Positions 1 to 12,312 of a stretch of 36,384 nucleotides of DNA are shown here, one piece after another (within the stretch, counting starts at the first letter, position 1; each line of letters begins with the position of its first letter). Position numbers and translations under genes: made by a program. The notes beneath the pieces were generated by a model. It was not told the DNA's origin. It saw only the letters and a program-made list of their open reading frames with translations, and made no database searches. The stretch lies in contig NIVC01004744.1 of NCBI GenBank assembly GCA_002269645.1, positions 1 through 36,384 of the forward strand, written 5' to 3'. The DNA comes from Macrostomum lignano. Taxonomy: Eukaryota.

Positions 1-339
1 CCGAGTACGGTATGGCATATATTTTTTAATAAGGCAAATGCATTTGTATTATAATAGGGGTGCAAGTAAAGGTGAAGAGAAAGTGGAAAGCAGTGGAAGA
101 AACCGGATAACTGAACTGACAATATTAAATAAATAAATAAATATTAACAAATGTAACAAAATATAGAGCTTAACATAAATAATTACGAACGGCAACTTTG
201 TACATTAAAAAGATTCAGAAAAAATAAGTATGGCAATTGAATCTAAATTGATAGGAGCCTGAGCATTCTTAAAAGCTCCCCCCCGTGTATGAAATTCATT
301 TAGCAACTCTGTCAAGAAACAATTTTGCACCACCTAATC

Positions 340-735
340 GTTTTGTTAAAATTTATCACTTATAATTTGCGACACTCTCAATTTGGCACTCTCATAATTT
401 ATGACTCATATTTTATCAGACTCATAATTCGTCACACTCAATTTGACAGCCTGAATTTGCACCCTCTTAAGTATTATCGCACTGAAATTTGTCACTCATA
501 ATTTTTCACTCCCACTCATGATTAATGACTCCTTCGCATAATTTTCACCAACTCGCTATCATAATTTGTCACTCTCTCTTAACATTTTTCATTCACTCAC
601 TCACTAATAATTTGTTACTCGGTCTCATAATTTGTCACTTACTCACTCTCAAAATTTGTCAATTCTCTCATAATTTGTCACTCACTCTCATAATTTGTCA
701 CTCACTCTCATAATTTGTCACTCACTCTTCTAATA
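340..735. repeat. Degenerate ~20-bp minisatellite (CTCATAATTTGTCACTCACT) in the 3' region of the Helitron
   Basis: Three exact 20-bp copies at 667-726; many degenerate ATAATTTGTCAC copies from ~340. The ORF at 525-713 is a by-product of the repeat. Confidence 0.85.
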
Positions 736-796
736 TGTCACTCAAACCTATAAATTCTTTCATCCTGCCTATGATTCAGTTCAGTTCAGATAATAG

Positions 797-3700
797 TTAG
801 TTCTGCTTGCCGATAAGCTGACGCAACACGATGTTTCTCGTACGTCCGCCTGGAGCCCGAACTTTAACGCCATCGGCACTCCGCGCACGACTCAGAGCCA
901 CGTAGAGCTGGCCATGCTGAAAGCAAGCTGTCGTCAGGTCGACAGCGTAGGTGCCCAGCGACTGGCCCTGGCTCTTGTGGATGGTCATGGCGAAGCACGG
1001 CCGGATCGGGAACTGCAGACGGCGGAAAACGAACGGAACCTCTGTCGGACTTGGCTCCTGCGGGATCCGCGGGATGAACACCTGCCGCGAACGGTAGACG
1101 CCAGTGGTTACCTCCGCTAGCAGGACGTTGTCACGCAGTTCGCGCAACAGCAGCCGAGTCCCATTGCACAGCAGCGGTGGGTCCAGATTCCTCATCATGA
1201 CGACCGGCATGCCGACCTTCAGCTCCAGTCGGTGATGCGACATACCGCTGGGGTCCAGCCGGTTCAGCAGCTCCGGTGGAAAATTGGTCGCTGCCGTGTC
1301 GTCATTCGGAATCGAGTCGACAGATAAGTAGAGTCGGCTCTCACCGGGGAAGAGCGCTAAGCAGGCGGCGTTGGCCTCGTCCACCGTCCTGTTGAGTGGC
1401 GCCAGGATGCTCCGCTCCGCGAACATCTGGTCACGCTGCGCACTCGGCTCAAAAGACGGGTAAACATGCCGAATGAGCTGCTCAGTGGTTGTGTCCTCGG
1501 GCAGAAGGATCTCGCTAGGCAAGGAGACCATGCCCTCAACGTCCTCTGGCAGCTCCCCGTTGCCAACCTGACGGTGAAAAAGTCGAATGAAATTTTACAA
1601 TTTTGTCCTTCAATTCGCATGCTTAATGAGAGCATAGAAACTCCAGAGATTCTCACCTGCATAAGAAAATCCGCGTAGCTTTGGAGAGCCGAGCCGCCCT
1701 CCAGCCGCAGATTCCTTGTGAGCTGGTGCTGCCGGAAGTGCGGCCACAGCACCGACCGATTCAGGCAGGCTTCGATCGTGTTGGCCTGGGTCCCTCCGGG
1801 CACAACAGCAAGCAACTGGCGAAAGTCGCCAGCCAGCACCAGCAGCGCTCCCCCGAACGGCTGCCCACCGTGCAGCAAATCCCGCAGAGTACGCTCGACG
1901 ATCTCGAGGTCTTTGCGGTGCGTCATCGGAGCCTCGTCCCACACGATGAGGCGGGCGTTCCGCAGAATCTCCGCCAATTTGCTCCGCCTGCCGATGGAGC
2001 AGAAGGCGCTGTCCTGCCGTACAGCGCAGACGGGGATCTTGAACCTGCAGGCAGGTAACGCGAGGATTGTCAATTGAGAGGATAAATTAGGCATGCTTTT
2101 CTGTGCTTAAAAAAATAACAGTTTATAAAATGATTTATGCAGACACAAAACTCACATCGAGTGGGCGGTCCGACCTCCGGGTAGAATAGTCGCCGCGATG
2201 CCCGATGACGCGACGGCAACAGCAATTTGACGCCTTGCTCGAACCGACTTCAGCAGAAGCGTGAGCAGGAACGTCTTGCCTGTGCCTCCAGGAGCGTCAA
2301 TGAAATGCAGCCCGCCGCCACCGGCCGTCAGATTGGACTGCACGGCCTCGAAGACAGCTCGCTGCTCGTCAGTCAGGGTAGCGACCACCGCGTCCACTTC
2401 AGACTGCAGCTCAGCAGCTTCTTGCGGCGTCGGCAGGCAGTCAGAAAGAAGCCGAGTCTGGATATTTAAATAAAGCTGTAATCAGTAATATATTAAAAGT
2501 TAAAAATATCAACAGTCAGTGCATAGCAGTGAGTTCATTTACTTGATCCGCTTCTGCCGGTGGTTCAGGAAGGCCGTAGGCAGACAGCTCGGATCCGCCC
2601 ATCCGCTCCAGCCGCTTCTGCAGCGACCGCAGCACTTCGGCCCTTGCAGCCTCGGCGCTCAAGCCCTGATGCAGCAGGTCGCCAGCCATCTCGCGGGAAA
2701 AATCCTCCCAGAGCTTCGCGGGGTCGCTGGGATCGCCGTGCGCCAAAATTGCGGCAAAAAGTCGGCGCAGAGCAGCAGGCATCCGCGTCTGGGCAGCTTC
2801 GGACAGGCACAGCTGCCAGTGCCTGTCGTCTTCCAGAAGTCCGCGAGCCTGGCAGGCGGCCTTGAAGGTCGGCAGCAGGACTCCGTCAACTGTGCGCAGA
2901 GCCTCGAACGAAGTCGGGCCGCGCACATTCACCAGCAGCAGGCGCAGGTAGAAACAGTCGCCCATCCGTGGACTGACTGTGTAGATGCGGCCGATGTTGC
3001 TGGTCGTCAGAACATCGGCTGGCTGATCAGCAGCGACTCGGCCGCGACCTGCGCGATGCCACTGGTGCGCCCTGGGGTCCCAGGTGAAGTGCCGGGGCAC
3101 CTCCTGGTACAGCAGACCTCGGGCGATTTCGTCATGGCGACAGAGCTGGGCGGGTAGGAACAGGAAACTGGGCGGGTAGAAACAGGAAGGAGGAATAAAT
3201 TGAACAAATTGCACTTCGCCTGCAAAACTCACATCGAAGAAGGCGGTCAAAGTCGTGGCCTTGGGCGTAGCAGCAACAGCCTGAGCCGTCTCGTCAGTGA
3301 AAAAGACCCGCTGCTCGTCCTTAAGATGAACCGCGAGCCTGATCACAGGGGGTATCGGCTGTGCACCTCGAAGCCCAGGATCGTATTGACCGCCTCCATT
3401 GGACCGATAAACCTGCCCAGTAGGTATTCGTCGATCTCGTCGATCTTGCGTCGCTTTGCGGAAGTCGCAGCAGCAGCAGCAGCAGTCCCAGTCGACGTGG
3501 ACGGACCGGCGATCGCCAGTGGTCCTTCAGTGGCCGAATCAGCGCTGGCATTCGCAGCAGCCGCCGACTCCTTGCGGATCTGGTATGCTGCCATGTCGCT
3601 ACCCTTGGTGATGTACTTCACCACGTACTTGATGGCCCGAACTGTCGCGCAGATCTCGACATTCAGGTGACAGCGAAACTCGCGCAGCAGCGCTGGGCAG

Positions 3701-6544
3701 TACGGCACCACCCAGCGGTTGTCAAAGGTGAACATCACCCTCTGACCGCCGCGCAGCTTTGCGAGCTTCGTCACCGTGAAGCCGCCCATCTCGACGGATC
3801 TGCGGCAGTAATGCGGGTAGCCATCCTCCTCCACCTTCGTGGCGGCCAGGAACTCCCTCGGGTAGCGCTTGCTGCACCTGCCTTTCTCCATGCACGCCGC
3901 GGCAGAGTTGAGCTGCTGCCCACAGGGACCATGCAGCATGTTCTCCGCCACCAGCTGATGCAGGTCGGCGTCGGCGACAGGGTCCGGGATCTCCGCGCTG
4001 ATGACGGCGTCGTACTGATCCGGCTTCAGCTTGTTCGCCAGCCACAGCAGCGCGTGCACGTGGGGAAGACCTGGATGTGGATAAAATTTAATTTTATTAA
4101 AATTTACGAAATTATGGAGGCGACAGTTAATGCAACACTTAAATGTTAAAATTTTCAAAAGTTCACACAAATTTCACACTTGCCTCGCTTCTGGTACTCC
4201 AGCGAGCAGACTCGAGCCAGAGTATCTCCAAACAGACTCTTCAGCCTGTTTAGGAAGGCCTTCTTTTTCAGCTCGAACACCCGGGCGGTAATGTCCGGCC
4301 GATCGACGGCAGTCTGCCCTGGAAGCAGCTCGGCCAGAATTTCCGGCCACTTCGGGTTGCATGTCATCGTCAGAAACAGGTCTGGGCGGCCAAAGGCGTG
4401 AACATACGCCATGGCATCCTGCTGACGCTCCAGACGGTACCGTGGACCTCCCACGTAGCTGGAAGTAAGAATGACACGCTTCCCGACTTCCTCCGGCCTG
4501 CCGTCGTCCTCGTGCAGCGCGTCTCGGAGACCCCGAAGACTTTCCGACACCAGATCCGTTTGGTGCTGCCGGATGTACGTAAGTCGCTCGGACTCGATCT
4601 TGGCAGCCTGGTCCACCAGGTACTGCTGGAAGAGCCGGCGACCGTACAGCAGGCTGTTAAACTGGCCTGGTCGCACCTGGATCAAGTAGGCGTAGTATTT
4701 CATCATGGTGATGCCTCGATCCTTCTTGAGCCCAATGTGCCAGCCGTCCTCGCCGTACGGAAGCAGCAGCACATACTCCAACGGATCGTAGGAGCGATGG
4801 GTCTCAGAGATCTCCTGGAGGCCTGTGGATACAGTTGGGTGTTTTAATGTACACCTGAAAAGCCTGAATAGTGTTTTATTATCTAACTTTACAGTGCAAC
4901 CCAAATTTTAAGTCTTATAACGCGCTTAAAGTACTTACCACCACCTCTCAGACGCAAAACCACGCTCCGCCATTGCGCCTGAACTACGCCATCAGTATCG
5001 CCAAGGTCCGTCAGGATGCCGACCTCACTGCACTCGGGCAAGTTGAAGCGTCGGACATGCTCCCCAGATGGGCGGGCATCGGGGTTGATCACGACCCTGG
5101 CGCTCTGCAGCTGCGGGTCGCTGCGCAGCAAGTCGACTGCGGACTTCAGGCTGCGCACGTAGCTGTTGCAGTCATGCAGAACAGCTTGCAGCTCCCGCGG
5201 CAAAGTGTCGTTCAGACCAGCCGTCCATTGCAGTCTGTTCTGCAGCTCTTGGTCCACAAAGAAGACCTGGCAGAACCTGGCCGCATCCCCCAGGTCCGGC
5301 AACAGGCTGCCGATCCGATGGTGCATCTGACCATGGAGGATGAAGCTGGGGTTCCACCCGGGCTGCTCACGCTGCCTGGAACCAAGCGAGGTCATGTGGA
5401 GCGCGCCGTTGTACTTCCTGATGTCCTTCAGGAACTGTGAGCTGAACGGATGCTCGCCAGTCAGCAGCCGCTTCAGAACATCAGGCGGGTCTCGGCGCTG
5501 CTCCAGGACGGTCTGTCAGTGGAATGAAAAAAAAACTGAAGTAGCTTTTATGCGGAGACGGGCTACAGCAAATCATGCAACTGTCGATGACTCCATAGGT
5601 GGTCAGAGGCTTGATACAGTACAGAGGCATAAATGAGGCAGCAATTCAAGTAAACTAAAACAATAAATATCAACTCACCTTTCCAGCATGGCAGCAAATG
5701 CTAGCTGGCTCGTCCTTCCAGCGTAGCCCGCTGCAGTGCGGACATTGGTGGTCCATGCGACCGAGCACATGTGGCTGGTGTGCCAGCTCCAGCAGTCTGT
5801 GGCAAAAAAGAAAGAGCATGAAAGACATGACTTGAAAATCCAGTTCTACATGCTGAAAGTTTAAAAAAACTCTTGAAGAATGAGCAGCCACACATAAGAA
5901 TAGCAGAATGAAATATCAGAACCCTACCTGTCTCGGCGCCACTCTGCCTGTGCGTGTACACGACGGTCGTGGTCGTCAGCGGACTCAGCATCGCGATGCT
6001 GACTCTGGCGCTGCCGCTGCGCCTCCAGGCGAAGCTGATGGAGCGCCTCGTCCTCAGCTACACGGCTTTCGGCTGTGCGCTGCCGCTGCACCTCCAGCCG
6101 ATGCTGACGGACCGCCTGGTCTTCGGCTTCACGGCAATCGGCTGTGCGCTGCCGCTGCGCCTCCAGCCGATGCTGACGGACCGCCTGGTCTTCGGCTTCA
6201 CGGCAATCGGCTGTGCGCTGCCGCTGCGCCTCCAGCCGATGCTGACGGACCGCCTGGTCTTCGGCTTCACGGCATTCGGCAGCACGCAACCGGTCGTGGT
6301 CCAGACGATGCTGGCCTTCCACCTCGCCTTCAGACTTACGACTTTCGGCTGTGTGAAGACGACTGGCCTCAAGACGATTTTGGTGCTGCATTTCGCTCTC
6401 AGCCTCGCGGCTCTCGGCCCTATGCTGCCGTTCCCGCTCAACGCGCGCTGCACGCTCATCGGGTGCCTCAGACGCCCTACGCTTCTTGGCATCTGATGCA
6501 GCGCGTGTAGACCGGGACAGGCTTCCTTTACCACGTTTCGGCAT
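797..6544 (-). CDS. Helitron Rep (HUH endonuclease)/PIF1-family helicase, 9 exons, ~1616 aa, one 1-bp frameshift near 3350
   Basis: Exons 6544-5928, 5796-5679, 5512-4939, 4822-4184, 4070-3233, 3145-2543, 2457-2156, 2044-1657, 1567-797 join in phase (4850 nt; +1 nt = 1617 codons). Motifs: FLKDIRKYNGALHM, YDPLEYVLLLPYGEDGW, LFQQYLVD, GRPDLFLTMTCNPKWPEI, EYQKRG|LPHVH (HUH), KYVVKY, GGTGKT (Walker A), IVWDEAPM, GDFRQL, FAMTIHKSQGQSL, HGQLYVALSR. Confidence 0.93.
6062..6280 (-). repeat. 69-bp (23-aa) coding tandem repeat, ~3 copies, in the charged N-terminus of RepHel
   Basis: Units begin at 6062, 6131, 6200 (partial at 6269); translate as ...ECREAEDQAVRQHRLEAQRQRTA... Confidence 0.9.
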
Positions 6545-6889
6545 TTTATTAAATAAGAAAATGGCGAGTAGCAAAAAATAAGTAAAATTAGGCAAACGGT
6601 ATATGGAAAGAATTCGGAGAGTTCTATTATGATATAGAAGGAAATGAAACTGAATTGAAAATTCGCATCATTAAGTAAGGGCCCAGTGTACACAATCTTT
6701 TATCCATAAAAAGCATTAAAATAATGTGCACGCAGCTGATGAGCTGCTAAGCCAATGCAAGGGACTGACTGATTAAAATCGCCGATAAAAAACCTACTGA
6801 AATTTGTCACCCAACCCCCCCCCAATACACTCAACTGATAGCTGGCTTAAATGTGCGAACGCAGCCCCCCAACTTTATCTATGCTGGTG

Positions 6890-7815
6890 TAATCGATTTC
6901 TCAGTCAGTCGGTATGAGTCTCAGTTAAAGTTTACAAAAATATTGCGCAATCTAAATCAACCCTCCAATACACAGCGACCGACCCCCACACAGTGTGCAG
7001 TTAGAAATTGAACCCCCTCCCCACTGTTGGGGGGTCGGTCGAACCCCCATTCAACCCCAGAATGAGTACAATCTTTGCAGAAAGTTAAAAGTATGGGATT
7101 TGTTTTTCAATCGCTGTGTTTTTTCTTTTCGCATTTAAAACAAACAACTTAATCCCCGAAATCAGGATTGCAAGATCTTTCCAGCAGTAAAAGTCTCTTC
7201 TCTCAAAGCTCAAAACTCGAGGAACAGTTTGCGTTTGAAATATCCCGTTTTAAAGCATTTGAAGTATTGAGTGTACGTTCACTGTCTGCTAAATAGGCTC
7301 GCAAGTTTATTCATTCATTTCACTGCGCGGCTATTACACAGGGCAGCCTATTGAAAGGCAGAGATAATAAAACAAATTGATGGCGCAATCCATTTCTCAG
7401 TCAGTCAGTAAGAGTCTCAGTTAAAATGATCGCGCAATCCAATTCAACCCTCCAATACGCAGCGACCGACCCCCCAATAGTGCACAGTGTGTAGTTAGAA
7501 ATTCAACCCCCAACTTTATCTGTTACGTCTCACAAAAATGAGCACAATCTTTAAAAAAAGTTAAAAGTATGAAAATCTTTTTTTAATGCTGTGCTTTTAG
7601 TTTTCATATATTTCAACTTTTCAAGCAAAAAAACTTATATCGCCGAACTCAGCGTTGCAAGACGCTGATATAAAGTCTCTCCTCTCAAAGTTTAAAATCC
7701 GAGCAACAATTAACGTTTTGATTTTCCTGATTTAGAGCAATAAAGTTTTCAGTGTACATTTACTGCCTGCAACAGAGGGAGGCTCGCAAGTTTATGCATT
7801 GAATTTCACTGTCCG
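6890..7815. repeat. Diverged ~500-bp tandem duplication upstream of RepHel
   Basis: Same blocks in the same order in 6890-7330 and 7385-7815: ATTTCTCAGTCAGTC, CAACCCTCCAATAC-CAGCGACCGACCCC, AAAAGTTAAAAGTATG, AAAGTCTC-TCTCAAAG, GGCTCGCAAGTTTAT. Confidence 0.8.
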
Positions 7816-8024
7816 CCAGTGAGCCAGGGTGCAAAGTGTACACACGCAGCCACTGAGAACGCGACCATCCCCCCACTGGAGAGAAAATACACTGGCGACA
7901 TAGGAAAAAGTTGTGGCGTAATCACTCAAAATTTATGCATTTTTTCAGCTCCGAGCAGAAAAAGTGTCCAGAGAAGGTTAGGAAATCAGATTTCTGCTTT
8001 TTTAGGGATCTTAAAATTAAAAAA

Positions 8025-8432
8025 TGAAAGATTAAAACAGCCTAAAGCCGATTCCGGAAAATTTGCAGTATTCCCATATAAGTTTCAACGCTGAGTTGCA
8101 CGTAGTCTAGGAGGAGATATCCTACAAACAAACAGACAAACAAACAAACAAACAACGCACCAACTTTAGTATTAAGACAGATAGATTTTGAAATAGCCCA
8201 CTGCAGTCTCCGGAAAATTTGCTGTTTTCTGATATAAGTTTCAAGGCTGACTTGCAAGTATTCTAGGAGGAGTTATGCAACATACGGACAGACAGACAGA
8301 CAAACAAACAACGCACCAACTTTAGTATTAAGATAAGTTTCAAGGCTGACTTGCAAGTATTCTAGGAGGAGTTATGCAACATACGGACAGACAGACAGAC
8401 AAACAAACAACGCACCAACTTTAGTATTAAGA
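8025..8432 (-). repeat. Three tandem copies of a Helitron 5'-terminal module
   Basis: CAAACAACGCACCAACTTTAGTATTAAGA ends at 8177, 8333 and 8432 on the + strand. The last two copies are an exact 99-bp duplication; the first is more diverged (~155-bp offset). Confidence 0.8.
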
Positions 8433-8544
8433 AGAAGAAGAAGATGCAAAGTGTGCAAAGGCATATGTGCAAAGAGTTACAAGCGTGATGTTATGGTCTT
8501 GAGATAAGGAAACACATAAGTACGTATAAGGTAAACCTAGGTAA

Positions 8545-9095
8545 ACCTTACATAGCTAGGTAACATGAGTAAACAGGTAAACATAGGTACGTAGGTGAAC
8601 ATTTAGTATAGTTGGATGAGTAAAAAGGCAAACATGAGTAAATGGGCAAACATGAATAGATAGGCAAACATATAAGTACATAGGTAAACATACGTACATA
8701 GGTAAACGTGAGAAATAGGCAAACATTATTGAATAGGCAAACAATTTTGAAATTTACGTATGTAAACCTGTGTACCTATGTACGGGGAAAACCTATGTAC
8801 ATAGATAAACACGAATAAGTAGGCAACATGAGTAAATAGGCAACATGAGTAAATAGGTAAACATGAGTAAATGGGCAAACTTAAGTATATGGGCAAACAT
8901 AAATATATAGGCAAACTTGAGTAAATAGGCAAACTTGAGTAAATAGTCAAACATTAATAAATTGGCAAATATTTTTGAAATGCACGTAGGTAAACCTATG
9001 TACCTATGTACGAGGTAAACCTATGTACATAGATAAACATGAATAAGTACGCAAAAATGAGTAAATAGGTAAACGTAGGTACATATGTAAACATT
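8545..9095. repeat. Degenerate ~17-bp minisatellite (AACATGAGTAAATAGGC) with a ~230-bp higher-order duplication
   Basis: Repeated AACATGAGTAAATAGG/ATGGGC units; block from ~8719 recurs from ~8949. The ORFs called here are low-complexity artefacts. Confidence 0.8.
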
Positions 9096-10341
9096 AATAG
9101 CTCGTACAGATAACGCAGGAAAAGTTATTGAACAATTAGCTCTTAGTCTTACAGTCCAATATTACAAAATTATTTTGGCAGCTATAGACTAATGGTATAA
9201 TTAGATACCGATATACCATGTTATAGTGAATGTATATATCAAGAAAGTAAATCTATAGCGGGAATTTTATCTTTTAAAAAAGCAATTTCGTTAAACAGCA
9301 GTGGCAAGCTAGTACTCAATAATTCAATGAGGAAATTCAATGTCTTCAAATTGCATGGCGTTGCTTAAACATTTTTGTCGCCTATCATTTCGGTGCGTCA
9401 CATATTCACGCTACCGACTAGTCAACGTACGTAGATTTTCAAAAAAACGTTTTAAGGTTTTAGCACTTTAAAAAAAACAATGACAAAAAAAGAAAAAATC
9501 CTACATTTTTGTGGCTTTAGTAAAGAAATGATCGAATAAAACATGTTGCAGCCACTGATATCTAGATTATTTTTATATATGTAGTATATTGCTACGTTAT
9601 TACTAATAAGTAGGATTTTTGGTTATACGAGTGGTATCGGCTTCGCATAACCTACGCTTGTAGGTACTATGCTTTCTTCTTAACCGTCTCTTTACCTGAG
9701 AATCTGGCACTCTCGTTCATCGCCCGTTTATTTCCCGTTAATTTCCCGCAGATTCAATAATTATTTCCCCGTGACGCTGTCATCTTGCTCCCGGTTCCCC
9801 TGGCTTTGGTTTGATGCATACCCGGTGTAAAAATCGACGTCGAATCGACTTCGAAAATTTTAGGCCGAATCGACGTCGAATGATGTCCCGGTGATTCGAC
9901 GTCGATTCGAAGTCGAGTTTTTCGGCCTAAATTTCGCGATACTTCCTTGATTTTCGCCTCTGAATGTGCCTCAAAACAAACAAAATTCTTTAAAGAAATA
10001 ACTTAATTTAAATATTCAATACGAGGGTGACTTCATGTAGTATATCTTTTGAATGCGCGGCATTAAATCAGAACAAAATAACCGCATAAAATGGAACACA
10101 AAAGCTGAAATATGGTTTATTTTTAAAGAAACTACGAGCGCAGTAAAGAGAAGCTTTGGTATATAAATTAACAAAACAATTACAACGATTAGAAAAGACA
10201 ACGCAAAAAGTCGGAAAAACTAAAAACTAAGAAATTTATGATGAATGGACTTTGATATCCAGCGTCTTTGAGAAGCTTATATGAGTAGTAGTTCGTATTT
10301 AAAAACGTATCATGATGCAGAAATCTAAGCACTCTTAAAAT

Positions 10342-12312
10342 TCACTCCTCATGTCGCTTTGACGTGGCCCTCACTTTTGAATCTTTCAGCATTCGCTTAA
10401 TCTTTTGAGTGATTCGCTCCTCAGAAGCTTGCGGAAACGCCTTGGTTACGGCCACTGAAAGCAAATAAATTCACTGCATTTTACACGTAGGCACGCGAGT
10501 ACTTTTTGTGTGACACCGTTTTAACTGCATGGAAATACAATTACAGGTAAATAGACAGGGGCGTCGCCATGGATTTTATGGTGGGGGGGACAAAGCCAAG
10601 AATTCTATATGCACATGTACACGACGAAATGCCTACATGTACATTATTTTCAGAACCGGTGTTGTCAGCACTAATTTTAGCACTGCAGACACTTATTTTA
10701 GCGCCACAGGCACTCATTTTAGCACTGCAGACACTCATTTTAGCGCCGCAGGCGCTATTTTGTCACCATGCAGCAAAAATTAATAACGGGCCACAAGATG
10801 TCCCCCCTGTCCCCCCCGTTGGTGACGCCCTGTAAATATATTAGTAGTGCACATTAGTGGTACATTAACGGGTAAATATAAATATACGAAGTACATTTGG
10901 AAATGATACGTATAAATTCCTAAGCAAAGGTTTGGCAGGAGCATTAGTTCATAACATTAACTTACAAATGACGATCGGTTCCAAGGTTTTGGCAAATGAT
11001 AGCTTATTGCCACTTGTTTTTCGTGCTTGCGAATAATCCCTACCAGACCGATTGAAAGCCTGTTGAAACTTTCTTGACAGCAGAAAGTCCATTATTCTTG
11101 CTGTGTGGGCTTCAGCAGTGTTGCCACCAAGGCGTCGTAGCTTCGAAATCTGTAAAAGGACGCGCGTTTGAGTCACCTGCAACATCAGTCATTTTTATAT
11201 GTACCGTACCAAAGAACTTTTTCATGCATGCAGCATAATATTTCGTGATATTTATTTAAAATGATGTTAAACTCATGAAATATGAAGCAATTTTGCGCCC
11301 ATAAACATTTGATAAAAGTATTGAGACATGAATTGACTTACTATAGCGTTCCGGAAACCAGATTCTTGTAGCTTCCGACAGAAGCTCTGGTATTCAGATA
11401 CATTTTTCATCGGAAGGTCACCAAGTGAATCATCTATATGTACCAGCAGTGACGGAGACTCAGCGGCGTCAGATGAGGTGGTCGACTGGTTCTTTGAAAC
11501 CATCTTGATGTCGCGCGGTGGGCGAGTAGATGCACTATTCCTGCAGGAACAAGAACAACGCATGTACGAGTACTTTATCATGAAGTTTCTACAGCAGGAT
11601 TTCGATTTGCATTATTTACCCGTATATTTACCTCTGTTGGAGTAAAGGTCCAATCCAGCGGAACGGAAGTCTTTCTCCCACTTGCTCACTATTGTTTGTG
11701 TCTCCAAATGGAAACGGCCCTGATGATCCCGAGCCGGATGATTCCCGCTTGAAACCGACGAATGTGGCGTGACCCGCAGGTCTCCAGTTAGTTCTCGGAG
11801 GAGAGAATCGCCACTGTTGGAGGTTTGTGGGACAACTCCTCCTTTGTGCATGATATTTTGGAAATCAGATGGGCCAGAACTGCACGAAACATGTGGCGGC
11901 AAACACGCGCTGTGCTGTTGATTGGGTAACAGGAGCAACGGATCTGGAAGCATAGGTCTGGATTTAGGTGCAGGCTTCCTAGAAACCGGCGCTTCAAATG
12001 GGCTCCCAGCAGAATGCACATCGGTTTCATCTGCTGTCTCATCGGATGATGTTGTTCCAAAACGATGTGACGGCACAGATATCCGCTTGAAACTCGAACG
12101 ATTCACTTGTGATCCTCCTCCCCAGCATCATCCTCCTGCTCAGATATATATACAGTTGGTTCAACACCTTCATCTTCATCCAAGATTGAGCCAAATTGTC
12201 TTTCAGCATCCATAGGCCTACTATTAAATTCACGAGTCTCAGAATCCCCTTCTACCTGAATAAAGTCCAGCAGTTTCTTCCGAATTTCCCTGTTGAAATT
12301 TCGTGAGGCCAT
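10342..12312 (-). pseudogene. Spliced DUF4806-like (BEN-related) transposon accessory gene, apparently frameshifted in its 5' half
   Basis: Exons 11540-11342, 11149-10966, 10454-10342 splice in phase to LPMKNVSEYQSFCRKLQESGFRNAI|ISKLRRLGGNTAEAHTARIMDFLLSRKFQQAFNRSG...KLSFAKTLEPIVI|LAVTKAFPQASEERITQKIKRMLKDSKVR, the LGG...IM..L...FN..G..K..F pattern of DUF4806. Upstream ORFs (12312-12103, 12106-11632) do not join in one frame. Confidence 0.65.
10556..10832. mobile_element. hAT-type MITE (277 bp) in an intron of the DUF4806-like gene
   Basis: TIRs CAGGGCGTCGCCA / TGGTGACGCCCTG; 8-bp flanks TAAATAGA and TAAATATA (1 mismatch); internal 21/42-bp tandem repeat. Confidence 0.85.

Larger units (their letters stand above)
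1..8432 (-). mobile_element. Helitron (rolling-circle transposon); 3' end not located in the window
   Basis: Full Rep/helicase gene at 797-6544. Upstream on the minus strand are 5'-TC termini (TCTTAATACTAAAG followed by a GTTT/GTCT microsatellite) at 8177, 8333 and 8432. No convincing hairpin+CTRR 3' end seen in 1-796, so the left boundary is provisional. Confidence 0.8.

Noticed and set aside
1-60. CCGAGTACGG at the window edge as part of the Helitron 3' hairpin
   Set aside because: Cut off by the window boundary and no CTRR terminus visible; cannot be supported.
914-6693. Many overlapping + strand and alternative-frame ORFs over the Helitron (and likewise over 21694-33022)
   Set aside because: Shadow ORFs of GC-rich coding sequence and coding repeats; the conserved motifs all lie in the modelled minus-strand frames.
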